DNA from: Antedon mediterranea
Taxonomy: Eukaryota > Animalia > Echinodermata
Length of the DNA stretch: 64,000 nucleotides
Assembly: GCF_964355755.1 (NCBI RefSeq)
Contig: NC_092680.1
Coordinates: 17,679,045 to 17,743,044 of the forward strand
Direction: 5' to 3'
Shown here: positions 51,287 through 64,000 of the stretch, piece after piece
How positions within the stretch are numbered: the stretch's first letter is position 1
How the letters are laid out: each line of letters begins with the position of its first letter
Translations under genes and position numbers: made by a program
The notes under the pieces: generated by a model
Told to the model about the DNA's origin: nothing
The model's input: only the letters and a program-made list of their open reading frames with translations
Databases searched by the model: none

Positions 51287-54225
51287 ATGGCAGTATTTAA
51301 CAATAATAACAGTGAATGGAATAGTGTGTATGAAACAGATACAGCATACGCCGCACACTGTCTTCTTACTTTAGCTGCTGCGAAAAAGAGAACGTGCTCA
51401 GAAAGGCAGTGCTTAAAACAGTCGGTCGACCTAGGCCTACAACACGAGGCTAAACAGGAAGCTACTAAGCACTGTGAACAAAATAACAACACAGGCGAAA
51501 ACGAGGTGTCAGTTGTGTCTGTAGCCCGTATTCTTGCCGATTTAAAGTGCTTTTCTCCAACCCCACTTGACTGCCCACCGTCCCCAACACATTCGTTAGA
51601 TTCTGGTTGCTTAGAAAATTTTGATAGTGGCTATTCGGAGAGTGATCAGTCGAGATCTGGAACACCTGTCGAGATGGACAAGCAACGTGGTGGAGGGAAA
51701 CAAAGGGCCAGGCGAAATCGTTCAAGAAGCGCTGGTAGAAGTCCGGTGACCCCAAAGAAGCACGAATGTCACTACGCGAATTGCAGTAAAGTGTATGGCA
51801 AGTCTTCACATCTTAAAGCTCACCTAAGAACACATACAGGTAAATTAATAATTCATTGTTCTTTTAATCGCTATCTTTGTTTGCTTTCTTTGTCATGTAA
51901 TAAGCTTAGCCTAGAAAAATGATTTAATTTTTTTTTGTTTAATAAAAAAAAATATTGCCAAGTTTGTTTTAGACATTGCACACAAAACACATTGTCAATT
52001 TTTATTTAATCTGTATTTAAAATTTATTTTGCACTTTTAAATGGACATAATTAATGTTCGGTATAAAGTGGTATACAGTACAGTATAATATGATTCTTTT
52101 TTTATACACTGTTGTGTATTTATAAATATTTACAATGATCAATTATATGTTTTATTGAAATGGGGTGTGGCATCATTTATTGTGTGTAATGACTTCAATA
52201 ATAATTCTTACTGTTATACTGTATCTTAAAAATTACATAATATACAGAACTGGTGTTTACCACATTATGATGTCGTTATGTAGAATATTCTGTCCATGTT
52301 ATCTTTGAATTTGAGAGGAATACATTATTTTTCGTAATAATAATAAATAAATGTTACAGCAGTGGCCAATCCAGGATTTTTAAATAGAAAGAACTCTGCA
52401 GGGCCTGTATAGTCACAATTTTGGTGGAGTTAATCCCGCCTATGTTAAGCTCTGTCTACACTATCAAACTTTATGTGACAAAAACAGTGTGATGTGCCCA
52501 AATATGGTAGTGATATGCCCAAATATAGTAGTGATATAACATCATCATTTCCATATATGGGCACATCACATTTTTTTGTCACATAAAGTTTGATAGTGTA
52601 GACAGAGCTTTACACACATTGACAATGGGTACATTGTTTTGAATGTACATGTTTTATTTTTGTGAAAATACTGATCTTTAGTAAACTATTTCAAAGTATA
52701 AAATAAGAAATTAAAATAAATGTTAGTGGAAAAATCTATTACTTTTGGGAAATTTTAATTCAAAATGGTTATATTTTTTGTTAAATAGGTAAAGGGCCTA
52801 CCAGTAGTATCCATTCCAGTCAATATTTTTTGGGGGATGTACCCTGTATAGTGTAAATAAACAGGTTAATTATGGCCATTAATTGTGTTTACATTTATGT
52901 TTATCCTGAAACTCAGACCTCTTTATAAATATAGTTATCATGATTCTTTAATGTAAATAAATAAATTATACTTAACCTGTCTAGTAGTAATATTTATAAT
53001 CTTTTTTGTCTCAGTTCATAGAAAATGTGGGAACCCAGCATGGCATTAAATAGTAATTGATTGGCCATGAAACCCCTTTGTTCTGCCTATGGGTTACACC
53101 TCACTTGATAAGATAAACAAAGTTGAAAGAAGGAAACTTTTCCACATTTCTTTGTCCCAAAAGCACATGACTTTGAGGTTTTACAGACAAAGTGGTTACT
53201 GTTCATAATACTAAACATTATTGTATAATGCTAAACCTTTTAAAAGTACTTGTTAAGTGTGTATTCCATTTTAAGAAAACTAAACTGTCTGAGCAATACT
53301 GGTATCATGCTGAATTACTGTAATATTTAAAACAATAAAAATGATTAATATTGTGAAAAAAAATCACAACAAAGACTTCTTTTTTTTCAAACTGAAATAT
53401 ATTATTTAATTTTTTTTTTTTTAATTATTGAAATGGAATTATGAACTATTTTTTTATCTATTTGACTATTAATGTTAACGTTCGCCATTTTATATCCGTC
53501 CCTGTGTATAGATAAGCTTTCCTCATGTCCCATATTATTTTACCTATATTTGAACCCTTTGAAGAGGTGGCCTTTATCCCATATGGGGTAATTTACTGTC
53601 CCAATGTGGGAGGCCCTTATATGTAGCAGTTGACTTTTTGGGGTCACTGAATTGCACTTTTTGAGCATTTTACTTTGACTTTGGCAACAAAAAAATGCAA
53701 TTTTTCGGAAGGCCAACACATAACAATAAACAAAAAATTGCAGAAAGATACAGTCATCAAAATGTATTTTGCATTTTTCCTAAATATATTAAAAATACCT
53801 TATTTAGCCTCACATGGGGTAGAAACCTCGATCTTCAAAGGGTTAACCCTTTAATAACCTGACCTACCTTCTATTTTGATTTTTACAAAATATGAAAAAT
53901 AACAGTATGTAGCCACACCTTGTTTTCAACCAATAGGAGTGGCAGTACTGTATCAAGAGAGACTAATATTTTGTGTTTCTTTTTTCTGTTTTTAGGTGAA
54001 AAGCCGTATCCGTGTACATGGACAGAATGTAACAAACGATTTGCTCGATCGGATGAACTTGCTCGTCACTATCGAACACATACGGGTGAAAAAAAGTTTG
54101 CGTGTCCATTGTGTGATAAGCGGTTTATGAGAAGTGACCACCTCTTAAAACATGCGCGGCGACATCCAAATTTTAAACCGGAGATGATACTGAGGCAGCG
54201 GGAAAGCAATAACACATCACCATGA
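51287..54225 (+). CDS. KLF9/13: Kruppel-like factor, KLF9/13 subfamily
   Basis: N-terminal AAHCLLTL (Sin3-interaction-like), VARILADL motif, three C2H2 fingers ([34 protein letters not shown]). Exons 51287-51839 and 53996-54225. Confidence 0.92.
52447..52608. mobile_element. MITE family A, most intact copy, TTA TSD
   Basis: TTA|AGCTCTGTCTACACTATCAAACTTTATGTGACAAAAA ... TTTTTGTCACATAAAGTTTGATAGTGTAGACAGAGCT|TTA. Confidence 0.92.
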
Positions 54226-54663
54226 AAAAGCATGAATCTACCGAGGCCTACACTGCATCAATAAGGACTGTGTACTATATACCACATTATGTAAATGTAC
54301 ACTATTTACCACGCATGTGATTTTTAAATTTTCTATGAGCATGTTGACTCTGCTGATAATATAATTCTTCGGCTATTGGCATGGTTAGTTGTAGGTTGAC
54401 TGTGTGTCTTTTTTCCGACTATCATACAAGGTCAACAGTGCGTCAAATGCTTGTATCCTTGGCGTAGTACAGTAAACGAAGTGCATGGCCATATATGTAT
54501 AGAAAAAGTGCCAATAGAATAGCATGGTTGATCATGCCAAGCAATATATACATTAGTAGTAGTAATAGACAAACAACCTTTAATTTTGTACCCTCTTATG
54601 GTAAAAGATTACGCCCCAAAATGTAGACCTGTGGGGTAGTATACAGTAGTACGGTACATATAA

Positions 54664-55001
54664 TGCACTTGTCAATTGCATGACCCACTATACGACCCCC
54701 GGGAGAGGTGCGTCATTTGTCAGATGTGCGTCATACTTTTGAATACCATGACGCACCCGTGCGTCAAAAAGGTGACTTACCTTTAGGTGACCATGACGCA
54801 CCCATTTTGACGCACTGTGGCCATGTTGTTTATGATATGGTGGGTGGTAAAGTGACGGACATTGACACACCTTGTTCATTGATGTGACGTACCATCTAGG
54901 TTTTTTGACGCACCCCTGCGTCAGTAATTATTTGTAAATGACGCACCCATGACGCACCTCTCCCGGGGGTCGTATAGTGGGTCATACAATTGACAAGTGC
55001 A
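54664..55001. mobile_element. PIF/Harbinger-like MITE family B with TAA TSD, in the probable KLF 3' UTR
   Basis: TAA|TGCACTTGTCAATTG..GGGAGAGGTGCGTCAT ... CAATTGACAAGTGCA|TAA; about 53-bp near-perfect TIR and repeated TGACGCAC motifs. Confidence 0.9.
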
Positions 55002-55933
55002 TAATGCTTGATTGTGGTTGGACAACTAGGACTGTTGTTGAATAGCTCCAATAATGTTTAATTTATTATGTGTAAGTAGGCTACATGATTATTGTTAGGT
55101 CCTTTCCGAAATCAAACAATTGTATCATTTAGTATATATACATTTTTCACTGACGTCATATACAGGGATTCCCCAAACAGTATTGTGTTTATGAAGTACC
55201 CCCTCTATTATTGAGATAGGTTCATAGAAATGTGAAGGTTTGTGAACTTCCTGTGGTTCAGACATTTCAAGGGCATAATCAAACAATCCCTTGTGTCCAT
55301 ACCATGTGCTCAATTCAGCAAGTGCCAAAATGTTCACAATAAGGAGTGGTATAAAACCAACTCGAATTTAAAAATGGGAGTGGAAATTGAGATTGTTACT
55401 TTTTAGGCTAAATACAAAAAAAATGTTTTGTAGTTTCTCAACCATTCCTCATCAAATTTTTGAAGCCAAATTATTTTTGTTCTTTTGTTTAATATTGTTT
55501 TGTCATATTTTTCATTAAATTAGTCTCTTTTTTGCATTAAAATTTCATGGTTGCAATCATCATCAGGTGAAATTAACATTTTCTTTTTTTGCCATTAAAA
55601 TGTTATTTTGCAATTTAATTTAAATCTGCAACCTTTTTTGTATGTATATTATTACAGAAAAGTTCTAAATGTTTTTGTAACTATTTGAGTAATATTTAGT
55701 TATTTATTAACGTTAAATTGCAAACGCATGCAATTTTTTGTATAATATACTTGTTTTATACAATTATTTGAAAATTAATTTTGAAGAGTTCAAATAATAA
55801 TGAAATAGAAATGAGATAATGATAAATTAGTTTAAGCTAAGTACATTGTATTTTAGACCATAAACTAAATGTGACCCACTCACAACTCATATTATTCTGG
55901 AACTGGGTATTAAAACTGTTGACTTTGTACAGA

Positions 55934-56071
55934 AGCTCTCTCTACACTATTAAGCTAGTTTTCAGAAAAAAAGTATGATGTGCCCAAATATGGTAGTGAT
56001 GACATCTTCATATCCATATATGGGCAAATCACATTTTTTTGTCACATAAAGTTTGATAGTGTAGACAGATC
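55934..56071. mobile_element. MITE family A copy
   Basis: AGCTCTCTCTACACTAT ... TTTGATAGTGTAGACAGATCT. Confidence 0.8.
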
Positions 56072-56450
56072 TAAAGATTGTAGAGTAATTATGAACAAAC
56101 TTGTAAATATAATTTAGAATGATTCAATGTACATAATTGAAATAGTAGCTACAAAGTACAGTATACTATTTAGGCCTGTTATCCATATGATAAGGAATGT
56201 CTGGTTTTAAGAGGGTTGACAGAAAGTCTGAAAGAGAGAACTTAAATGTGATTGTAAATAATTTTTATTCAATGAAATAAGTAAACATTGATAAATTAGT
56301 ATTGGTATGTGATACTTATTTCAACATGAGATAAAATAGCAGCTGAATGATAAAAGTATAAGAAGTGATATGTCAGTGGTGTGTGTACCAGAGAGTAAAA
56401 GAGGAAAGGCATAATTTGAAGAGGGGACATATTTTTATAAACGGCTTTTA

Positions 56451-56639
56451 CAGTGAAACACCACCTATTATAAAGGGACACCCTTCAGTGTCCCCTTGAT
56501 AGGGATGTCCACTTAATAGAAGTTGACCATAGTGTTAAAAGGGTTAAAACATACATTTTCCACAGGAAGTTGTCCCTTTAATAGAGGTTTCCTTTAATAT
56601 GTCCCTTTAAAGGGGTGGCCCACAGGAGGTATTTCACTG
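56451..56639. mobile_element. Tc1/mariner-type MITE
   Basis: TA|CAGTGAAACACC ... GGTATTTCACTG|TA with repeated GTCCCC-type motifs. Confidence 0.7.
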
Positions 56640-59019
56640 TATAATCCTTTATAACAGTTATAGCCTTCTTATGGATGTGGGGTTGTTAAGTGTGGGGAAG
56701 TGTAAACGTTATTGACATCATTAAAACGGTTATGTTGCCGCTTGATACAATGTAAAGATGGGTGCTAAACTCATAAAGGAAGAAAGATAAAATGTGTGTG
56801 CAATTTTGTTTTTTGTCATAGAATGGTATGAGCCATGTGTAACCTGCGGGTCAGGTCATGTAGCCATGGTCTCATTGGAAATGGTATAATTTAATCTATT
56901 ATTTTATTAGAAGAAAGATATGGAATAAGGGTTTATTCAAGTCTGTTTATAGTTTTCATGTTTATATAATCTTTATAATAATCTAGTTTTATAGTAAATA
57001 TATATTCTGTACATACTTTTGTTGATTGTGAATTTTTATTTAATTCTGTTTAGGGAATTCATAAAAAAATTAAGAATGTAGGGCAACTGTGAGTTAAAAA
57101 TGAATGGATTGAAAAATCTTGGAATTTATTTATTAAATATCGACTGTTTTAGAGACCAACATAATGAATTTGTTTACTTTTTTATTTTCACAGTATTTAT
57201 GTTTTGATTGGCAACTAAAACAATAATGATGATGTCATTTATCATGATAGATTGATACTGAGTACTTTACATTTCTGAATGTGGTTTTATTGTAATTTAA
57301 AATATTTATTCCATCTCCAAAGCTATACCATCAAAGATGCATCATGGCTTAACAAACTCCCCAGACAAACTTTTGGAGCATGTTCAGAAGTATAGTAAAA
57401 CACACAGACAGAAAGGAAACACAGACGCACAGTACTGCGAGAGACTTCCTGTTAAAATGATAAGGGTTTTAATTGGAGGTTAAATAGTTGATGCATGGAG
57501 AAGATTGATGATAACAATTAGGAAGTTAACCCACACATGTTTATCAAAATGATTACTTAGTGTAAGGGCTAATTAGAACTAAAAATATATATACCTTTAA
57601 TAAGAAAAGAGTTGTATTTCAACAATTTTATTGAAAGGCAGAACTTATGTGGACATTATAAAACATCCCATGCTCAGATAATTGAACCAAAATTGGTGAG
57701 ATGAAAATAGTAGTCATGATAAAATTAATGCATAATTATTTTGGAAATTATCAGGAAAGAGTGGTTCACTCTTCCCTGTTATTATAATAAACCGTGTAGG
57801 AAGCATTCGATATTTATTGCATGGAGGAAATAATTATTGAATTCAAATGATCATTGATTGTAAATCTATTTTGTTTAAATGCACTACTGCCCTCTATATC
57901 TAAAAACTTTTCGAAATATGGGCATCATGGACGTTAACTTCTGACCAATCAGATGCCACACACTGTGTGACGTGCGTACGTGTCGTCACGTTGTTGGTGG
58001 TAAAAACGGCGCCGGGGGGGGGGGGGGTTAGGGGGTGGGACACACCATCCACACATCATGATCACAAAAACGACATCGCGCTAGTTAGTAGCCTAACTAG
58101 GAGAGGGTGGTTTCATTTAATCTAACTGGCCAAAGATTCTAGGGCTAGGTAGGCCTAGGCATACCTAGCTAGCTACGTACGACCTACTACTAGCAGCCAA
58201 GCTCTATACTGGCCGTCAATGCTGCTCAAGTCAAGCTGTTGTTAGACTTACAATACAAATTTTAAAATGTGAGAAAACTCACATTTTAAAATTTAAAATT
58301 AAAGGGTACTGAACTTTGTAGGCCTCTCTCTAGGTAGGCCTAGCCTAGCCTACTAGAGGCCTACCTAGTCTAGTAAGTAGGCCTAGCTAGGCCTAGAGTA
58401 GTAGGGTAGGCCTAGGCTAGGAGATACCTCCTACACGTATCACTAAATATAGAATAGGCCTAGCCTAGTAGTAGTAGGCCTAGGGCCAAGTCTAGAGGCT
58501 AGGGTAGCCATATAGGCTAGTAGACTAGGCCTAGGCTAGCTAATAATAATTAGGGCCTACTACCTGCTAGGCCTAGTACTAGTAGGCCTATTACTGAAAG
58601 GCCATGCCAGGCCCTAGTTTAGTTGCCTACATAACCCTAGGCCTGGCCCTAGACTAGCTAGGCCTAGGTCTGCTCTAGCCTGGCTAGGCTCTGGCCTTTT
58701 AGCTATGCCTAGAGGCAGGTCTTTCTAGGCTAGGTAGCCTGTTAGTGTTACCATCTTGTCAGACCTAGCTAGTGGCGTTCGATAACGAGGCCTATTAAGG
58801 TTTCCTTTATAGTGTTACTTTTAGGTTCAGGGCAAGGCAAACGTTAATAAAAAGTGGTTGAAACCTGAACATAATCCTAAGTATAAATATAAAGATAATA
58901 CAGCAGCACCTGGCCCTACCTAGCTTATGCCATACTTTTATTGCTTCTTTGTTGTTTATATACTACTATACTTTTTTCCAGAAAAATAAAAAGCAGGCCT
59001 CAATCAACAAAGCAAAGAT

Positions 59020-61965
59020 ATGGATTGTGAAATGGTTTGTAATTTCAAGAAATGCCGCAAGCAGTTGTCAGGTTTTGCATGGGTGACATCATGTTCTCGT
59101 ATCCTTCGAAAATAACATTACTTTTCTAAGTAGATAAATTATTTTACTGTAATACAGTATTCATGTTTATCAGTGTTGTTCTTGAGTTTCTCTCATTAAC
59201 ATATTTTTAGATATATTTTGTGACGAAGATGGATCCAGAGAATTTAACAAATCTTATGCCTGTCCGGCTTGTAAGTTTAAAAGAAAAACAAGAACTTTTG
59301 ATTTTTTTTAATGTATACCATTACTATTGGTAAACACAAAACTACTTGAAATATGCTATTTTTTCTCACTGAAAAAAAATTAACAAAAATAATGATTTCA
59401 CTTATTAAAAGACAGCATAACCAAAATCATGTTGTCTGACAGAAATTTGGCTTCTGTTTTTCCTTTAAATTAGAGACTTTCAGGTAAATGGTTTTTTGTT
59501 TTTCGACCCATTTTTAGAATAACTATTATGTGATGACATTAAAAACAATTGTTTACTAATTGTTTTCAGGGGTAACTATCTTCTGCAGTGTTCTAATAAT
59601 AACAAAATGACTTCTGTTTTAACAGGTGAGTCAAGTTTATCAGGTAAACTGGACATCATTCGGATTGACCTGTCTCCAAGCGAACAGTACAAATCAATGG
59701 TCCTTGCAGGTCAGAGGCCAGAGGTTGCCATAGAGGTTTGTGCAAGAGCTATAGCCTTTTGGACTTATCAGGTTTGCACTTTGACATTTGGCCTTATAGG
59801 ACCAAAGCTACATTCATACTTTTTTTAATTTTACATAATGCAAAATCATATAAAGTCCATGAAACGAAACTTTAAGTGCAAATTAAATATTGTGTGAAAA
59901 ACGATTAAATGATTAATCATGCCAAATGTGTTTTATGCGGTTAGAACTATAAATTACTAATAGATATATACAATTTAAAGAATCTACATATACTGTACTG
60001 CATGTCTTCCTACAGACAACAAATAAGAAGATAAATGTAAAACAAATATAAAAATGGATATACGCTCACATAATATTTTCTAAAAATATATAAATTACTG
60101 TATAACTAAGACTTGTTTTGTAAATATATTAATAGGCCTACAGTTTTATATGTAATGCACTCCTCAAACTTTTTAATAGAATCATCAAGAGAAAGTTTTC
60201 CAAGAATATACCATCACTAAAACGAAGGACAAACAGTCTCAAATGGAAAAGTATTATGATCAAGTTGTATCCCAAACACAGGCTGAAATAGATGCCCTTA
60301 AAAGCCAGATCTCTAGTAAGTATTTCAATACTACTGTATATAATATATATATACAGTATTATACAATTTATAATAATGGATGTTTATGAGATGAATGGCG
60401 AGACTATTTCATTTTAGACGTGGACTAGAACAGTTATAGACGGCGCGTACAACGCGATCAACGTCACTGGGCAAATATTCTCAAAATGTTTACAAAAAGC
60501 TAATGTGCATTAGAGCTGTTCATTATCACCATTAGATATCAATTTTTCATGAGATAGAGCTAATTCTAAATGACTAATTAACCAATCAAACTACATGAAT
60601 CCAATTATTTAATATCTTTGGTGCAAATTAGGCTGTGTACTGCTATGCTTGGTATCAAGTCTTAGGTTTAAACAAAATTATGAATGAAACAATAAAATGA
60701 GAATGAATAGATACTGTATGTGGTTAGTTATTTTGCAAATTCTAAAGTACTGTACTATGTCATTGTACTGTATTATAATTTATTTCAACCTTCCAATTAT
60801 AATCTTCCAAACCTAGCCACAAGAAAGGAACTCGAAAATACAGTGAAGCGACTGAATGAAGTGTCTTCAAAGTTGATGGAGAGGAACAGGCAGTACCAGA
60901 AGCTACAGGTTAAAATCTTCTGTAATACATTAGTTAGGCAATCATATACATAATACACTGCTGTGTGTATCTTTGGGATAGTGCATTTATTAATTACCCA
61001 AATATTGCACTATAAATATATATAGTAATTACAACTACACAATTCTTTATTTCAGAGCATGTATGATGCACTAAGACGGTGAGTCACCACTGTAATTTTT
61101 GTTTTAAAAATCCCAGGAAGGCGTAAAAACATTGCCTTTTCACAATAAATTCCCTGCCGAAGCTATATCCATCTTTAAACCATGATAAAATGTTAAAAGC
61201 ATAATCACATAATTTATTGTGGACCTTATTTTACATTTCAGTCAAAGTTTATCCGTGAATAACATTTTATCATGTGGACAGTCAAGTCAATCAATGCACG
61301 CTTTTCCTACCGAAGTCAGGGGTAAGAACCATCAACTTCACATCACATTTAAAATAAGTCCATGTGAACATTAATCTTGTTCACCTTGCTACTAAAATTG
61401 AATCCGGGCTCCATGTGACCATACTGTAGACAAGACTAATATTGTTGTACGTATATTAATATTTTTACTTGGCATTTCACACTTGCAGAAGGCAGACATG
61501 ACCACCATAGACCAACTCCAGCTCAGCGTAAGTGAATTGATAAAGTTTCACATATTTCAAAAGGGCGACCCATCCAGCTTGAGCCGATTTATGGGGTTTC
61601 AAAAATGCACACAAAAAGAAAGCAATAATTTAAAATGTACAGTAATCATCAAAGAGTATAAATTTCTTTAAAATTCATACTGAAATTTCTAATAGAAAAA
61701 TAACCGACAACAAAAATTGTTATATCTAGAAAATTCTATTCTCATGGCCTAAGCAAAACTATTGATAAATGCCATGTATGCAATAGATACTGTACTTGGA
61801 AAATGGATTTACAATTTTTGGATTATTCTTTCAGAATTCGTACTGAATCCCACCAGTGAACGCCCAAGAAACATGGTTGATAATCTTGCAGATGTCCAAG
61901 ACAGATTTAATTTGCAGATCGGTACACCGAAAGAAGCTACAAGGGTGCAGAATAAACATAAATGA
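59020..61965 (+). CDS. CCNB1IP1: E3 ligase CCNB1IP1/HEI10 (meiotic crossover factor)
   Basis: CNFKKCRKQLSGFAWVTSCSHIFC..CPAC RING, YKSMVLAGQRPE, RAIAFWTYQ, coiled coil. Exons 59020-59098, 59211-59270, 59626-59771, 60180-60315, 60817-60908, 61056-61078, 61242-61321, 61489-61527, 61835-61965. Confidence 0.9.
59099..59210 (+). other. U12-type (minor spliceosome) GT-AG intron
   Basis: 5' splice site GTATCCTT, branch-point-like TCTCATTAAC about 10 nt before AG, no long polypyrimidine tract. Confidence 0.85.
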
Positions 61966-62202
61966 CCGTTTGATAAATATTTTCATGTCAATAATAGAGG
62001 TTTTTCAATTTTACATATCACAGTATTACCCACAAGTTCTGTAACAAAAGACTCGCAACCAAATTCAAAGGCATGATTTTTATTTAGTTCATGGAACTTG
62101 AAATTACATTTTTAAACAAAATTTTCATTTGGTTATACCGGTAATTAGAAACAAACTATTCCTACACAATTATTTAGTACTCATTACAATATTCAGTTGC
62201 TA

Positions 62203-63209
62203 TTAGTTTTTATCAGCTTTGGAATACAGTGCTTCAAGTTCCTTTTGAGTTGTCTCGTCCTTCTTTTGTTTAAGTTCCTCTGTCCCAGCAGTTACACCCC
62301 AAGCATCCGGTTTAGACAAAGAAGAACAATATGGACGGCCACTTGCTGGTTTCAAGTTTTTCCAATACTCTGGTCTGGCTCTGGAGATTAAAATAGTAAT
62401 AAAATTAATGCATGCAATTATGGTACACCAGCGAGTTAACAACCTTTAATAATTAAGTCTTGTTCAAATTCAAAATACAGTACAGCCATAATGCTTACAA
62501 CAGGCCTATTTATTCACTGCTCGTTAGGCAAAGATATTTAGCTAATATATTTAGCTATATTTGTAATATTAAATTGCATTTAAACATACCTTGCTCTAAC
62601 CCAAGGTTTTGTATGCATCTTCAGTCCTGCTCCCCAAAGTCCATGTTTTTCCGATGCAACTGGTAAGAAGCCTCTCTCTTTGGAGAGTTCCTCAGCCATG
62701 GCACGGGTATGGTATGGCTCAATACCACAGCATCCACCGATGTAGCGTACTCCCATTTCATATGCTCTACGAGCAAATGCATGTGCTTCCCAACGGGTGA
62801 TTATTCTAGGCTCCAAGCCTAGATACAAGACAATTGAATTCAAACTAGTTTGACAAAAAGTGTGATGTATAGTAGTGACAACCTAAATATGGTAGTGATA
62901 TGAGATCATCATGTCCATATGGGCATCACATAAAGCTTGATAGTATAGATAGAGCTTAAGGTAATTAATAAGTCGTTCGGAATATTACATACAATAACCA
63001 GAATTTGGCGTGTAAATTCTACTTACCGAATGGAAATTCTGGTAGATCAATGAAACCCTGACGATTGCAATCTGGTGTTACAAACCCAAGCGGCTGAACC
63101 ATCAAATGGCACTCGATACCTTTCTCATCGAGAGCGTCCTTCATCAATTGAACTGCATCCAAGCAGATTTGTGGGTCGAAATGGCAGTTAATGCCAACAA
63201 CATCAGCAC
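62203..63209 (-). CDS. BHMT: Betaine-homocysteine S-methyltransferase, last three exons
   Basis: 63209-63027 [24 protein letters not shown], 62818-62590 [26 protein letters not shown], 62380-62203 [13 protein letters not shown]. The 5' part lies beyond the window. Confidence 0.95.
62840..62957. mobile_element. MITE family A, partial copy
   Basis: CAAACTAGTTTGACAAAAAGTGTGATG ... TTGATAGTATAGATAGAGCT. Confidence 0.7.
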
Positions 63210-64000
63210 CTGGAAAATATCACCAACAAAAATAGTTAGTCGAATACAACATACTCGTTTTCTAGCGTTAACTTAAAATGCAATAATTTATTTTGAATGA
63301 TAAAGTGTGTGTTAATTATATTAGTTTTGCCAAAACCATTAGCACACTTGACAAGCAAGAAGGATTCCATTTCTGAATTGCCTTTAATTCTATTGCTATG
63401 GCACCCTGTTTTTAGTAAGTTCTCTACTCCAAGTAGATAATACATATGTACGCTTTGATGCACACATTTATTCCAAATAGCCAGAGAGTTGCATGACCTG
63501 CATGGTACTCTCGAGACTACAGTGGATAATTAACATACCGTACACATTTAACATATCACGCATTGATGCATAGCTAGTGAAAAAGGGAATTCAGATTATA
63601 ACCCATGTTTGCATGAATACATAGTACACCAACATCTCCCATTTTTAGACGGGACATATTATTTATAAACTGTCCCCTCTATGTCCTATTCACATGGCAT
63701 TTTAGCATACACAACGCTAACACAAGCATAGATGCTGTATACATATAGACCACTAATGCTTAATTAGAATGAGGTGGCCATATTATATGAAGATGTTGCT
63801 GTACAGTATTCATGACTGCAGTGCACAATTACTGAAACAAAGTTGTAATGTTTACAATTGAAAGTCGCTAAAAACATGAATTCAAGTATATACACAAATA
63901 AATTCTATTTTTGCTTCATTCAAGCAAACAAGCCCCAAATTAAGACACCTCACGATATCATTTTATACAGTGCATTAAGGAGATTATTTTTGTATGCAAG

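Overview
AT-rich, intron-containing animal genomic DNA, not prokaryotic. An invertebrate deuterostome (echinoderm-like) is inferred from the Deu-domain SINEs and gene content. Gene order: CLCA (minus, 3' end outside the window); an NB-ARC+TPR gene (minus, one homopolymer frameshift) head-to-head with CFAP161; a FASTKD/RAP gene and an intronless epsilon-tubulin (both minus) head-to-head with DTWD2; two decayed PAN+Link-module paralogs; KLF9/13-like; CCNB1IP1/HEI10 with a U12 intron; and the 3' end of BHMT. Repeats: a 5S+tRNA chimeric Deu-SINE split by a 1.8-kb long-TIR element, a 2.3-kb TIR element with an internal 75/69-bp array, an Academ-like transposase relic, LINE remnants, several MITE families and a 56-bp minisatellite. 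The most notable observations are TUBE1 apparently nested in the 5' intron of FASTKD, the AmnSINE1-like element, the headless NB-ARC-TPR gene, TAGGCCTA clusters beside inferred promoters, and a copy of the CFAP161 start region inside its own intron. All exon boundaries were read by eye and need RNA-seq confirmation.
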